Shown here: in pieces, positions 38,255 to 48,321 of the stretch
Layout of the letters: each line of letters begins with the position of its first letter
How positions within the stretch are numbered: the first letter of the stretch is position 1
DNA from: an uncultured Candidatus Binatia bacterium
Lineage (GTDB): Bacteria > Desulfobacterota > Binatia > Bin18
Assembly: GCA_965214605.1 (NCBI GenBank)
Contig: OZ243961.1
Coordinates: forward strand, 1,888,001-1,952,000
Length of the DNA stretch: 64,000 bases
Direction: 5' to 3'
The notes under the pieces: model-generated
What the model was told of the DNA's origin: nothing
Seen by the model: only the letters and a program-made list of their open reading frames with translations
Databases searched by the model: none
Made by a program: the position numbers and the translations under genes

Positions 38255-40279
38255 TTAGTCCGGCAGGTTGGGCGCATTGCTTGGTGCTTTGACCACCTGT
38301 ACAGACTTGCGGCCTTGTTCGCCGACCAGGGCTTTCTCCGCGGCCAGCACGTCGGCCACATCTTGCAGACCCAAGTCGTCGAGTTTGGCACGCGTTTGCA
38401 GGCCAGTTGTTTTATCCCAGCCACGCCACTCGTAGTACTCGTCCAGGACCTGATCAAACATATCGGCCGCCACTCGCCCTTCGTACATACCTTCCGGCGT
38501 AGGCTCGTGCATCCAGCGCTCACAGATGGTGTCGTGTTCACGCCGCATCCCTAAACGCGAGTTAAAGGCTTTCTCCAGATTACAGATCCGCTCGCCATCC
38601 CGCATCAGCTCTTCTTTGGTTCGGTCGATTCCAGTCACCTCAGCGTAGGCTTTGCCATAGTAGCTCTCCGGTGCATAGCCCAGAGGATCAAGTAGCCAGT
38701 GAAACATACACACCCCGTAGGAGTTGATCAGCGCCACCTGGTTCTCAATGACGGCAGTGCAGGCGCCTTTAAGATCGGGCACGGTTGGATCACCAGCGAT
38801 CGGTGTCCCAAAATACGCCTTGGACAGATCTTTACGCTGGAATTTTTCGATCAGGCCAATGCCTTTAAGATGGTCGGCCCCGCGCGACGCCACCGCCATG
38901 TTGTTCATCCAGGTCGGAAACGGGCGCATCTCCTCGGTGAAACTGGCTCCGCCCTTGCCGTAGATGGCGTACTTCATAAAGTTTTGGCCCATCTTCTCGG
39001 AGTAGCGCAGCGCACCCCAGTAGGCTCCGTCACGGAACATCCAGCCGAACGGGTTCTCTTGGTGGACCACACTCCGCACCAGGCTCTCAATATCCTCCAT
39101 ATTGCCCCATTCGAGCCGCTGGGATTTGCCGAACAGTTCGGCCACGTCAGTATCGGAGATCAGCTCCCGTTGCCTCAGCTCCATGATGAAGCTGATGGAG
39201 CAGCTCAGGTCCTGATTATCAATGCCGTACTCGTTGGTAATTTTGCCCCAGTGTGCGACTTCAGCCCAGTCTCGGACGTCCATTGCCCCAGCGCTGCTGC
39301 CGGTTGTTAGATATTCGGGATGGCGAAAGGATTCGCCGATATATTTCTCGGCCCGGTCTGACTCATGGCCCTCGATTTTATACCGACCGTCGCAGGCGAT
39401 GTAGCAGTCGGAAGAGCACACCTCGGAGTATTTGTGGTACTTCTTGACCCAGTTGTCGGAGCGGACTTCTTCACCTCGAAACATGCTGCCCTGGTTATTG
39501 CGCCAGAAATTCCCGCCGATCCGCTGGTACATCTCCACCGCTCCCAGCGTGCCCCGCCGTTTGAAGCCGTAGCCCGCCTCATTGGTATCAATCTTACTGC
39601 GAAAATCGTCCGACCAGTCCAGCAGACCCGTCGGGTTTTCTACCTTGATGCCCAGATTACCCTGGACCGCAATGGCTTTGAGGTTCTTGGAGCCCATCAC
39701 CGCTCCACCGCCACAGCGGGCGTGAATCCGCCAGCCGTCCGATATCACGCCGGCAATACCGACCTGGTTCTCGCCTGCCTGACCTATCGACAGCGTATAC
39801 GCCTGTGACGGATAGGGACCCAACTCTTTTTGCAGCGCGGCGTGCGTCTCCGAGCTGTTTTTGCCCCACAGGTGCCGAGCATCGCAGATGGTCACCTCAT
39901 CGTTGGCAATATGCAGATAGACCGGCTTGGGCGCTCTGCCGGTAACGGCAATATAATCATAGCCGCTAAAGCGAATGGCGTAGGGGAACTTGCCACCACC
40001 GGTGGAGTCGCCAAAGATCCCATAACATGGGCTCTTGAAGGTAATGCGCCCCTTGACCCCAATACCGGCACCGGTGCCAGCCAGCGGCCCAACACCAAAC
40101 ACAAAGATGTTATCCGGCCCACGCGGATCACCGTTAATATCGTGGTTCAGGAAGTGTTCCCACATGATCCAGTTGTTAATCCCCGAGCCACCAATCCAGC
40201 GTTCGAATATCGAGTGGGGAAGAATCTCGGTCTTGATCTCGTTAGTGCTTAAATTGATCCGTAGTAGTCGACTTTCCAT
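38255..40279 (-). CDS. Divergent aldehyde:ferredoxin oxidoreductase-family (WOR) protein
   Basis: KSP, SIGQAGE, GAVMGSKNLKAI, CSSDCYIAC, SRGADH, YYEWRGWD. Confidence 0.9.
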   Translation of the reverse strand: MESRLLRINLSTNEIKTEILPHSIFERWIGGSGINNWIMWEHFLNHDINGDPRGPDNIFVFGVGPLAGTGAGIGVKGRITFKSPCYGIFGDSTGGGKFPYAIRFSGYDYIAVTGRAPKPVYLHIANDEVTICDARHLWGKNSSETHAALQKELGPYPSQAYTLSIGQAGENQVGIAGVISDGWRIHARCGGGAVMGSKNLKAIAVQGNLGIKVENPTGLLDWSDDFRSKIDTNEAGYGFKRRGTLGAVEMYQRIGGNFWRNNQGSMFRGEEVRSDNWVKKYHKYSEVCSSDCYIACDGRYKIEGHESDRAEKYIGESFRHPEYLTTGSSAGAMDVRDWAEVAHWGKITNEYGIDNQDLSCSISFIMELRQRELISDTDVAELFGKSQRLEWGNMEDIESLVRSVVHQENPFGWMFRDGAYWGALRYSEKMGQNFMKYAIYGKGGASFTEEMRPFPTWMNNMAVASRGADHLKGIGLIEKFQRKDLSKAYFGTPIAGDPTVPDLKGACTAVIENQVALINSYGVCMFHWLLDPLGYAPESYYGKAYAEVTGIDRTKEELMRDGERICNLEKAFNSRLGMRREHDTICERWMHEPTPEGMYEGRVAADMFDQVLDEYYEWRGWDKTTGLQTRAKLDDLGLQDVADVLAAEKALVGEQGRKSVQVVKAPSNAPNLPD

Positions 40280-40327
40280 GGCTGGGACTCCTTCTTGTTA
40301 TCCGAATCCACTTCGAGCGCCTCGCCG

Positions 40328-40981
40328 TTAGGCAGAGCTGCTAATTTTCCCCTTCGACAGCATGGCTTGCATGATGCCGACTTCATCGCGTTTCTCTGGC
40401 GTTTGGCGCAGTATGTTACTAAACACCGCTTTTTCCTCAAAGAACAGCACGCTTGACCGGTTGTACTGTTTTCCCGCGTTCAGCATTTCGGGCCGAGTCG
40501 AACACGCTTTGACGCACGCTGGGTCACCGCCGCACAGGTCGCATTTGAGCACCTCGCCACTTGGAGCGACAAAGACCGTGTCAAACGGACAGGCGGGCAC
40601 GCACTCCATGCACTGGATGCATTTATCCTGATCAATAATAGCGGCCTGGGTGACGGGATCGTAATAGAATGCGTCCGTCGGGCACACCTTGGCACACGGC
40701 GGAGGGTTGGCACAGTGGTGGCAGATCTCGGCCGTAAAGCCGAACCCGTCCTTACTGACCCGCGTTTCTACGGTTGGGGCGTGTTCAATTTTGATGCGTG
40801 TCCACAGCGGATTGAGTTCTCCGTCGGGTGAGTGGATGAGAGAGCAGGCAACCTCGCAGATTTTGCAATCAGTGCAAAGGTTTTGTAGGGCAAAGAGCTT
40901 TTTATTGACGTTAGGGATTTTTTCGCCCGGTTGATACCAGACCTCCCCGTTAGCTAGCTCCTTTTGGGGCGATACAGGCAT
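40328..40981 (-). CDS. 4Fe-4S multicluster protein
   Basis: CTDCKIC..C, CHHC..C..CP, CIQCMEC..CP, KCDLC. Confidence 0.9.
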   Translation of the reverse strand: MPVSPQKELANGEVWYQPGEKIPNVNKKLFALQNLCTDCKICEVACSLIHSPDGELNPLWTRIKIEHAPTVETRVSKDGFGFTAEICHHCANPPPCAKVCPTDAFYYDPVTQAAIIDQDKCIQCMECVPACPFDTVFVAPSGEVLKCDLCGGDPACVKACSTRPEMLNAGKQYNRSSVLFFEEKAVFSNILRQTPEKRDEVGIMQAMLSKGKISSSA

Positions 40982-41046
40982 ACGGCCCTCCTTCCGTGCC
41001 CGCTATGTAATCCGGTTCTTGATTGCCTGTCAAGGAAAAAAGACGT

Positions 41047-41370
41047 ATGGAGGAAGAGAAATATCCAACGACGCCGAAGGAGACCAGCCGTATGAGGGAC
41101 ACCAATCCAACGGAGGCACTGTTGCACCCCACTCTGGGCAAACTGCCCGCCCGCAAAGTTCTCGAGTGTATCTTTGCCCTGTCGCCTGAGGGTCCGTATG
41201 TGCACTATCATCTTGAAGAGGTCACCGTGACGGAAGACACCGACGGTATCGTCTACAGCCTCAACGGCCGACCCCCGGCTGCCGGACGTGAGCGGTGCCG
41301 GATTATTCCGCCTCTGGTCAACCAGTTTGATCGCTTCGAGAGTGTGGCCTCAGCGCCTCGAGAGTTGTAA
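41047..41370 (+). CDS. Hypothetical protein
   Basis: ORF directly upstream of and co-oriented with the rhodanese gene; start uncertain. Confidence 0.55.
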   Translation: MEEEKYPTTPKETSRMRDTNPTEALLHPTLGKLPARKVLECIFALSPEGPYVHYHLEEVTVTEDTDGIVYSLNGRPPAAGRERCRIIPPLVNQFDRFESVASAPREL

Positions 41371-41380
41371 GGAGCCCGCT

Positions 41381-41821
41381 ATGGATCACTCAGTCATGAG
41401 TCCCCAGGAAGTCAAAGCCGCCCTGAGCGGCGACAAGCCCGCGACCTATGTTGATGTGCGGACGGTGGCCGAATTTTCCAGCGGCCACCCCAAGGGCAAG
41501 GTGGTGAACATCCCGCTGGTTTTTTTCCATCCTACATCCAAAGAGGTCTTTCCCAACCAGAGTTTTTTGCAGGTAGTCGAAGACTTATACGTCAGAGATG
41601 CGCGGCTCATCACGGGCTGCGATGACGGAACGCGTGCCGGGCAGGCAGCTCAAAAGCTGGCCGAAGCCGGCTATAGCAATGTGTACGTCATGCCGGACGG
41701 ATTTCCCGGCTGGCGTAAACACCATCTTCCCACCACCCAGGACAATCGGGACGGCATCAGCTATGCCTCGCTGCTGACCCGGGTCAAACGCAAGAAGGGC
41801 AAGAAAAAAGTGGCACATTAA
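41381..41821 (+). CDS. Rhodanese-like protein
   Basis: YVDVRT..EF..GHP, NIP, GCDDGTRA active loop, GFPGW. Confidence 0.88.
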   Translation: MDHSVMSPQEVKAALSGDKPATYVDVRTVAEFSSGHPKGKVVNIPLVFFHPTSKEVFPNQSFLQVVEDLYVRDARLITGCDDGTRAGQAAQKLAEAGYSNVYVMPDGFPGWRKHHLPTTQDNRDGISYASLLTRVKRKKGKKKVAH

Positions 41822-41835
41822 GACAGCAGGAGCCT

Positions 41836-42801
41836 TCAAGGAGAGAGAGGCTGGCGGCTCCGATTTCCAGGAACAGCCTTTTGACAGTCGAAGCAATAGA
41901 CTTTGCCGCTGAACCGCGCTTTGTGCTGACGGCAGAACTGCACGACTTTTTTCGAGACACCCTTCCCACATCTGGTGCAGAAGAAAGGGCCGGCTTGCGG
42001 GCTTTGTCGGGGTTCGGTTTTGCGTTTCACCGGGTTTGAAATCGCTCTCCCGCTGACCGTGGGAGGCCGTATGGTCCCGGCGCGAATTCCGAACTTCTTC
42101 CGATAGTCGATACGGGCAGGGCAATGCCGCAAGGCCAAAGAACGGGCAATTCTTTGGAGCGTGTTTTTCCCGACAAGTCCAACGAGACGGTCAAGGTGGG
42201 AAAGGAGCGACAGGCGCTTATCAAGCACCACTTTCAACATATCGGACTTCACCACCACACTCGTATCGAACGTATCCGGGGAAGGCCGTATGATCCGGGA
42301 TGTCGGCGAGACCAGGATGATATTTTCAAAAAGGGGTTCGACGTTGACCCACAGCCGCTTTGGCATGAATGCCTGGTTTTTCAAATACCGTTCCAGAAAA
42401 AAGATGTGCCGCTTATTCTGCTCAATAGGTGAGGGAATCGCTCGGACCTCCTCTTTGAAAAAAAACGAGAATTCTCCCGCCTCAGAGATTGTGAGCCCCT
42501 GGCGAAAATGTTTTGATTCGACAACGATGAACTCCAAGAAACGATTGATGAGCAGATGGTCAATCTGGGCAGTATTGCCAGCATCTTCCAGCCGGAGATC
42601 GTGCAGAATTGCCCAGTTCTTGGAGCTTCCCCAATAAAAATCAATATAATAGGCAGAGTCCTTTTCCCCTTTTTCGCCGGAGCGGAGGAGTTGCAACTCT
42701 CTTTCGATCATCTCCCGTTTGCTGTGTGGTAGGTCTAGCGTAAGGAGCGCCTTCAACTCGTCTACTTGGCCTTTCAACGAATCCTTTTTCTTAATGATCA
42801 T
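41836..42801 (-). CDS. NERD nuclease-related domain protein with C-terminal zinc ribbon
   Basis: GEKGE, LHDLRL, QIDHLLI, VESK, SPIEQN; C-terminal CTRC..C..CFDCQ. Confidence 0.85.
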   Translation of the reverse strand: MIIKKKDSLKGQVDELKALLTLDLPHSKREMIERELQLLRSGEKGEKDSAYYIDFYWGSSKNWAILHDLRLEDAGNTAQIDHLLINRFLEFIVVESKHFRQGLTISEAGEFSFFFKEEVRAIPSPIEQNKRHIFFLERYLKNQAFMPKRLWVNVEPLFENIILVSPTSRIIRPSPDTFDTSVVVKSDMLKVVLDKRLSLLSHLDRLVGLVGKNTLQRIARSLALRHCPARIDYRKKFGIRAGTIRPPTVSGRAISNPVKRKTEPRQSPQAGPFFCTRCGKGVSKKVVQFCRQHKARFSGKVYCFDCQKAVPGNRSRQPLSP

Positions 42802-43057
42802 TTCCAGGAGATCCCTCCTTAGGCCAGGAGCTGCCAGTCTGTTATCGTCACTCCTTGTCGGTGTCAATGTGGCTCACAGCTCGTCTGAATCCCGGTCAGT
42901 AGCCTTCTTTGCCCCTTGCCGCATAAGGGTCCGACGTGACGTGCGTTTCCCTGCTGCTCAAGTCATTCTCCGGCTAAAGCGTGCCACACCTTCCGGCCTA
43001 GCCAGCCCGGCCACGATCATGCTAAGAAGGCATGAGGCATAGCTGAAGGCCCATACC

Positions 43058-43417
43058 ATGCACCACCTTCCCCAAGGATTTCAGGATCTTGAACCGTTCC
43101 TCGACTGGTCCCTAGCCACAGAAGGGGAACGCAGCGCCAAGCGTCAGGCCAGCAGTATGATCGAACTGCGCGCCTTCTACGCCGCCATGCTAGCCCGCAT
43201 GGAAGCAATGCTTGCCTACCTGGAGCAGTTTTCGCTTGACGCCCTGCCCCCAGACGCCAAGCGCCTCCTGCTCCTAACCCTCTCACTGGCCGAGGTCTCT
43301 CCCGCAGTCGAACTCTTTGGCCAACCCAGCGTCGTCGATGGCTACGATATTGCCCGCTTCACCCCACAGCACGGCCAGGAAAGCCCTGTGGAGGAAATCG
43401 AAAAAAACGAGTATTGA
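43058..43417 (+). CDS. Hypothetical helical protein
   Basis: Clean ORF heading the VOC-HpaB unit. Confidence 0.7.
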   Translation: MHHLPQGFQDLEPFLDWSLATEGERSAKRQASSMIELRAFYAAMLARMEAMLAYLEQFSLDALPPDAKRLLLLTLSLAEVSPAVELFGQPSVVDGYDIARFTPQHGQESPVEEIEKNEY

Positions 43418-43469
43418 GGAGTATTAAGGATCAGGATCGCAGTTCCACATTCCACACAGGAGGTTTCTC

Positions 43470-43964
43470 ATGATTCGCCCTGAACGTCTTGGCCACGCCG
43501 TCATTAAAGTCCGCGACCTCGACCGCTCGCGTCAATTCTACACCGAAGTCCTAGGCATGCAAATCATGAAAGATGTGCCCGAGATTCGGGCGGTCTTCCT
43601 AGCCAATCACGGCCGCGACCACCACGAACTCGCTCTGTTTGAGATCGGCTCTGAGGCCGAGGCTCCCAACCACAAAGCGGTCGGGCTCGCGCATATCGCC
43701 TTTCGCCTCACCACTCAGGAAGAACTCGAAGCTGCCTATCACGAGCTCAAGGAAAAAGGCGTACCAGTGCACTTTACCGTCAACCACGGCATTACCAAGA
43801 GTGTCTATTTTGAAGACCCGGACGGCTACGAACTCGAAGTCTATTGCGACAACGACCCGGCAGAATATGTGCGTTACCCCAACGCCTACCTAGGCCTAGA
43901 GAAGCTCGACTACGCCGCACAGGACAAGGGCCTACGCGACATCATCCCAGCCCTGCGGCAATAG
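43470..43964 (+). CDS. VOC family protein (glyoxalase/extradiol dioxygenase-like)
   Basis: LGHAVIKVRDL, HHELAL, GLAHIAF, SVYFEDPDG..LE. Confidence 0.88.
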   Translation: MIRPERLGHAVIKVRDLDRSRQFYTEVLGMQIMKDVPEIRAVFLANHGRDHHELALFEIGSEAEAPNHKAVGLAHIAFRLTTQEELEAAYHELKEKGVPVHFTVNHGITKSVYFEDPDGYELEVYCDNDPAEYVRYPNAYLGLEKLDYAAQDKGLRDIIPALRQ

Positions 43965-43983
43965 CCGCGGAGGAGGCATTGTC

Positions 43984-45426
43984 ATGGGTATTCGGACCGG
44001 TGTGGAGTATCGGAAAAGCTTGCGCGACAAGCGCAGCGTCTATGTCAACGGCGAACGAGTCACCGACGTGACCACCTATCCACCCTTTCAGGGCGCGATC
44101 GATACCCTCGCCATGCTGTACGACCTCCAACACGACTCCCAGCACCAGCCTCTCCTCACCTACCCGTCCCCGGCCGACGACCAACCTGTCAGCCTGTCCT
44201 TCCTCATTACCGACACCGCCGCAGACGTCGACCGTCGTGTCCGCGCCGAAGAGTTTCGAGCCGAGGCGACTTTCGGGCTCATGGGCAGGTTGCCCGACTT
44301 TATGAACGCCCTAGTCACAGACGCCGCGGTCGTCCATACCTTTATCGGCCAGTATAGCAAACAGTATGGCGACAATATCCTGCGCTACTACCAAGCCTGT
44401 CGGGACCAGGACTTATGCCTCACCCACACTTTGGTTGATCCTCAGATCGACCGCTCAAAAGGACCGGCCGAGCAAGCCGACCCCCAAGCCGCTCTGCACC
44501 GTGTGCGAGAAACAGACCGGGGCCTCATCGTCCGGGGGGCGCGCATGCTGTCCACTCTTGCTCCGTTTGCCAACGAACTATGGGTCGGCCCGTTCTATCC
44601 CCGCAGGCCGGGCGAAGAAGCCTACGCCCTGTGCTTTGCTGTGCCCATGGATACCCCCGGCCTCACATTCGTCTGCCGTGAGTCGTACAGCACCGGCCGC
44701 AGCACCTTTGACCGACCTCTGTCGTCCCGCTTTGACGAAGAAGACGCGCTGGCGATTTTCGACAATGTCGAGGTCCCGTGGGAGCGGGTTTTTATCAACG
44801 GTGATATTGAAGCGTCTAACTACATTCTCGGCCACGCGCCCGGCTATGCTCTACTCCAGGGGGTAATCCGTGGCACGGTCAAGCTGCGCTTCATGGCCGG
44901 CCTGACGTGTTCAGTGGCCGAAGCAGTAGGCCGGGCCTCAGCCCCGCAGGTTCAGGCTCAACTCGGCGAGCTCGTCGCTAACGTCGAAATTGCCAACGGC
45001 TTGCTGCGGGCGGCCGCTCAGGACGTGGCCAAGGGTCGCAAAGAGGGCACCTCGCTCCGTGCCCTGGCGGCTAGCCTGTGGGTGTTCCTACCCCAAGCCC
45101 ACATGCGCGCGGCAGAAGTCCTGCGTCAGGTCAGCGGGAGCGGTTTGATTCTGACCCCGACCGAAAAAGATCTCCAGAATCCCGACATTGCGGCTTATCT
45201 CGAACAATACCTCGTTGGCAAAGACCTGCCGGTTCGAGAGCGCGTTCAGCTGTTTAAGCTCGCCTGGGATATGCTGGGCGAGCAGTTTGGTGGCCGCCAA
45301 CTCCAGTACGAATGGTTTTACGCCGGCGACCCCCATTTCACCCGCGCCCGTTTCTATCGCTCACCCGCGGTCAAGCAGTACAAGGCCATGGTTGAGCGCC
45401 TGTTGAACAAAACCGCCACTGCATGA
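43984..45426 (+). CDS. 4-hydroxyphenylacetate 3-hydroxylase family oxygenase (HpaB-like)
   Basis: MGRLPDF, PQIDRS, PLSSRFDEED, VPWERVF, FGGRQLQYE. Confidence 0.9.
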   Translation: MGIRTGVEYRKSLRDKRSVYVNGERVTDVTTYPPFQGAIDTLAMLYDLQHDSQHQPLLTYPSPADDQPVSLSFLITDTAADVDRRVRAEEFRAEATFGLMGRLPDFMNALVTDAAVVHTFIGQYSKQYGDNILRYYQACRDQDLCLTHTLVDPQIDRSKGPAEQADPQAALHRVRETDRGLIVRGARMLSTLAPFANELWVGPFYPRRPGEEAYALCFAVPMDTPGLTFVCRESYSTGRSTFDRPLSSRFDEEDALAIFDNVEVPWERVFINGDIEASNYILGHAPGYALLQGVIRGTVKLRFMAGLTCSVAEAVGRASAPQVQAQLGELVANVEIANGLLRAAAQDVAKGRKEGTSLRALAASLWVFLPQAHMRAAEVLRQVSGSGLILTPTEKDLQNPDIAAYLEQYLVGKDLPVRERVQLFKLAWDMLGEQFGGRQLQYEWFYAGDPHFTRARFYRSPAVKQYKAMVERLLNKTATA

Positions 45427-45434
45427 GGTCGTCC

Positions 45435-45962
45435 TTAGCTGGATTCCTTAAGATCGCTCGTATCTTCGAGTCCCAGTGCCCGGATCGAGGTTTGGAAGCG
45501 ATCTTGCATAACAGCATCGTCGTCAACAAAATCCCGCGTGAGGCAGCAGAACTCCAGCTGAACCCCGTTGGGGTCTTTGAAATAGATCGACTTGGCCCAA
45601 TCGTGGTCAACGACCTCAGAGACGGCGACACCCTTGTCCAATAACTCTTGACGCTTGGCCTCTAAACCGGCCTCAGTCCCCGCCTCAAAGGCAAAGTGAT
45701 AAAACGCGTTTGGCACTCCGAGTCCCCGGTTGATACCGGCGTCGTATTCCTTGGGCACGCCCGGCACGTCGCGCGCTTCCATAAAGGCCAACAGCTGGTC
45801 GCGCCCGGTATCAAAAAAGATGTGCCGGATACGACCGCCCTCTTTAATATTGATCGTATCGCAGCGAACGGGCTTAAAACCCAGAATATCCTCGTAAAAG
45901 TTACGGGTTTTGTCTAGATCTAAAGTGGACATCCCAAGATGCGAAAAACCTTTTTGAGTCAT
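45435..45962 (-). CDS. VOC family protein
   Basis: SHLG..D, FYEDILG, HIFFD, HFAF, SIYFKDPNG..LE. Confidence 0.88.
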   Translation of the reverse strand: MTQKGFSHLGMSTLDLDKTRNFYEDILGFKPVRCDTINIKEGGRIRHIFFDTGRDQLLAFMEARDVPGVPKEYDAGINRGLGVPNAFYHFAFEAGTEAGLEAKRQELLDKGVAVSEVVDHDWAKSIYFKDPNGVQLEFCCLTRDFVDDDAVMQDRFQTSIRALGLEDTSDLKESS

Positions 45963-46193
45963 AGTGACCCCCTCCTTCTAACCACCTACGTAGCGTGCGT
46001 CATTACAGGCAGGGCGGCGATTTCATCTGTGTGTTTAGCATAGCCCGGCCCCTTATGGAAAGCCACGGTCCGTCGCCCTGCGCCTGAACTCTCACGGCAC
46101 GTGAAGAAGCATGCCTCTGCGGTCTGAGCAGCCGCAGTCTCGTAGATCAGATTGGCGCAGCGTAATCCGGCACTCCCCTAACCACTGCCTCTG

Positions 46194-46370
46194 TACTACC
46201 GCCGCGCCTTCGTCAGCGCTACAGCCGCTGGGCTCTGACGTCGGGCGTTTCGATACATCGCCAAAAACGGCCTTTTCCGGTCAACGCTATGGTCGTCCTC
46301 CCCGACCTAGAAGTGACCCTAATGCCATCGGCATAGGCCGACTATTCAACACGCTCCGCTATATCCGCAA
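46194..46370 (+). pseudogene. Decayed REP-associated tyrosine transposase (RAYT/Y1) remnant
   Basis: Frame-shifted fragments YYRRAFV, RAFRY, RQKRPFPVNAMVVLPD and ADYSTR in RAYT order. Confidence 0.65.
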
Positions 46371-46747
46371 GCCGATGGATTGGCTGTATTCAGCAATCAG
46401 TGGTATCGGAGGACGCCTAGGAGCCAATCCGCCCCTGCCAGCGTTTACCCTTGACAGCTCCGGGCGGTGTGCAGTACTGAGGCATGTAGTTCGCCTGGAG
46501 TTCGACACCGATAAAGCGCTCTAGGCAGCCGGGACGAAGAAATTTTTGGCTGAGACAGTTGGCGACGCCCTCGGTGAGGCCACCGTCACCAAGGCGACCC
46601 TGACTGAAGTCGAGACTGAGAGGGGCGGCTTGGCGGAAGTGGGTGATGGCCGCCAACATTGTCAGCCTGACGGTCAACTTCACCGCCGCCCTGGTCAAGC
46701 GAATATCGTGACCCTGCGCCCCTCCTAGCGGATACGGAGGTGAGAGC

Positions 46748-48319
46748 ATGTTACCACGGCCCAGTATTGAGGATGTTTTGGAATACAGCAGAGCACTCGG
46801 CTTAACCCTCAGCCAGGCGGAAGCCCATAGCATGCAATCCCGCATACTTGAGCACATTGCCAGCTTTGAGTCTTTTCATGAGCTGCGCATTGAGGAGGAG
46901 CAGTTGCCCCTCGACATCACTGATCGCGATCCAGGCTACCGTCCGACACAGGACGAAGATCCGCTCAACGTCTTTATCCGCAAGTGCTGGGTTGAAGGAG
47001 CTGCTGATGGCCCGCTAAAGGGCAAGACTGTCGGTCTTAAGGACCATATCAGCGTGGCCGGGATTCCGCTTACCCTTGGCTCGCATTTCATGGAGGGTTA
47101 CATCCCCGACTTTGACGCCAGCATCGTCACCCGCTTGCTAGCCGCCGGTGCAACAATCGTCGGCAAGATGAACATGGACGACTTTTCGCTCGGCGGACCG
47201 GGCTTGAGCGGGACTGGCGATTTTGGCCGCCCACTAAACCCCCACAATCCCGACCATGTCACCGGAGGGTCGTCATCTGGATCGGCCGCGGCGGTGGCCG
47301 GCGGACTGGTTGATATCGCTTTTGGCGGTGATCAGGGTGGTTCGATCCGCCTCCCCGCAGCGTGGTCTGGCACCCTGGGCCTGATGGCTACCCATGGGCT
47401 TATTCCGCATACTGGAGTGTGTGGCCTTGACCCAAGCATCGACTACGTCGGCCCAATGACGCGCACGGTTGAAGACCTGACTGCGGTACTGGAGTGTGTG
47501 ACTGGCCCTGACGGCTACGATCCCCGCCAAACACAGCTGCCGGCTCTGCCGCCCGGCTATAGCCAAGCGCTGACACGCGGGGTCGACGGCCTCACCATCG
47601 GTATTGTGTCAGAAGGTTTTGGCTTTACCGGCAGTCAGCCAGCAGTCGAGCAGACGGTCCACGAAGCACTGGCCAGCCTAGAGGGTGCGGGCGCCCAACT
47701 CATCTCGGTGTCCGTTCCACTGCACGACAAGGCGCTGATGGCCCTGCTGCCGATCTACTTTGAGGGCGGCAAGCATATGTTCGATACGAATCTAGGTGGA
47801 GCCTTTGCCCGGACGTATTACCCTACCTCCATGGTCTCTAGCTTTGGGCGCTTTAAACACAGCCACGGCCACGCACTTCCGCTCAATTATAAACTCGGCC
47901 TGATGCTCGGCTCCTACCTGAACCGTTTTACCCACGGCCGTTTGTACGCCAAAGCTCACAATGTCCGGCCCACCTTCGTCAAACAGTACAACCAAGCCCT
48001 GTCACAGGCGGATATCTTAGCTCTGCCGACAACACCGATGACCGCGCCCGTCTATCGGCAACCTAAAGACGCCCAGGAAGCGATCGAACACACCCTGTTT
48101 GGCGGTCAGCTAGGCATGGATATAGGCCTGGTCGCCCACAACACTGCCCCGTTTAATCTGACCGGTCACCCAGCACTCAGCATACCGTGCGGGAAAGTCA
48201 AGGGCCTGCCAGTCGGACTGATGTTGGTCGCTCCGTATTTCCGTGAAGATTTGCTGATCCAGGTCGCGGCCGTATATCAGTCACTGATCGCTTGGACTCC
48301 GGCCGCAGCCCAGGAATAG
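46748..48319 (+). CDS. Amidase signature family protein
   Basis: GLKD, GGSSSGS, GGDQGGSIRLPA, NTAPFNLTGHP. Confidence 0.93.
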   Translation: MLPRPSIEDVLEYSRALGLTLSQAEAHSMQSRILEHIASFESFHELRIEEEQLPLDITDRDPGYRPTQDEDPLNVFIRKCWVEGAADGPLKGKTVGLKDHISVAGIPLTLGSHFMEGYIPDFDASIVTRLLAAGATIVGKMNMDDFSLGGPGLSGTGDFGRPLNPHNPDHVTGGSSSGSAAAVAGGLVDIAFGGDQGGSIRLPAAWSGTLGLMATHGLIPHTGVCGLDPSIDYVGPMTRTVEDLTAVLECVTGPDGYDPRQTQLPALPPGYSQALTRGVDGLTIGIVSEGFGFTGSQPAVEQTVHEALASLEGAGAQLISVSVPLHDKALMALLPIYFEGGKHMFDTNLGGAFARTYYPTSMVSSFGRFKHSHGHALPLNYKLGLMLGSYLNRFTHGRLYAKAHNVRPTFVKQYNQALSQADILALPTTPMTAPVYRQPKDAQEAIEHTLFGGQLGMDIGLVAHNTAPFNLTGHPALSIPCGKVKGLPVGLMLVAPYFREDLLIQVAAVYQSLIAWTPAAAQE

Positions 48320-48321
48320 CT

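Noticed and set aside
46440-46740. TTGACA at 46451 and short ORF 46546-46728
   Set aside because: No good -10 element at canonical spacing; the ORF is unrecognisable
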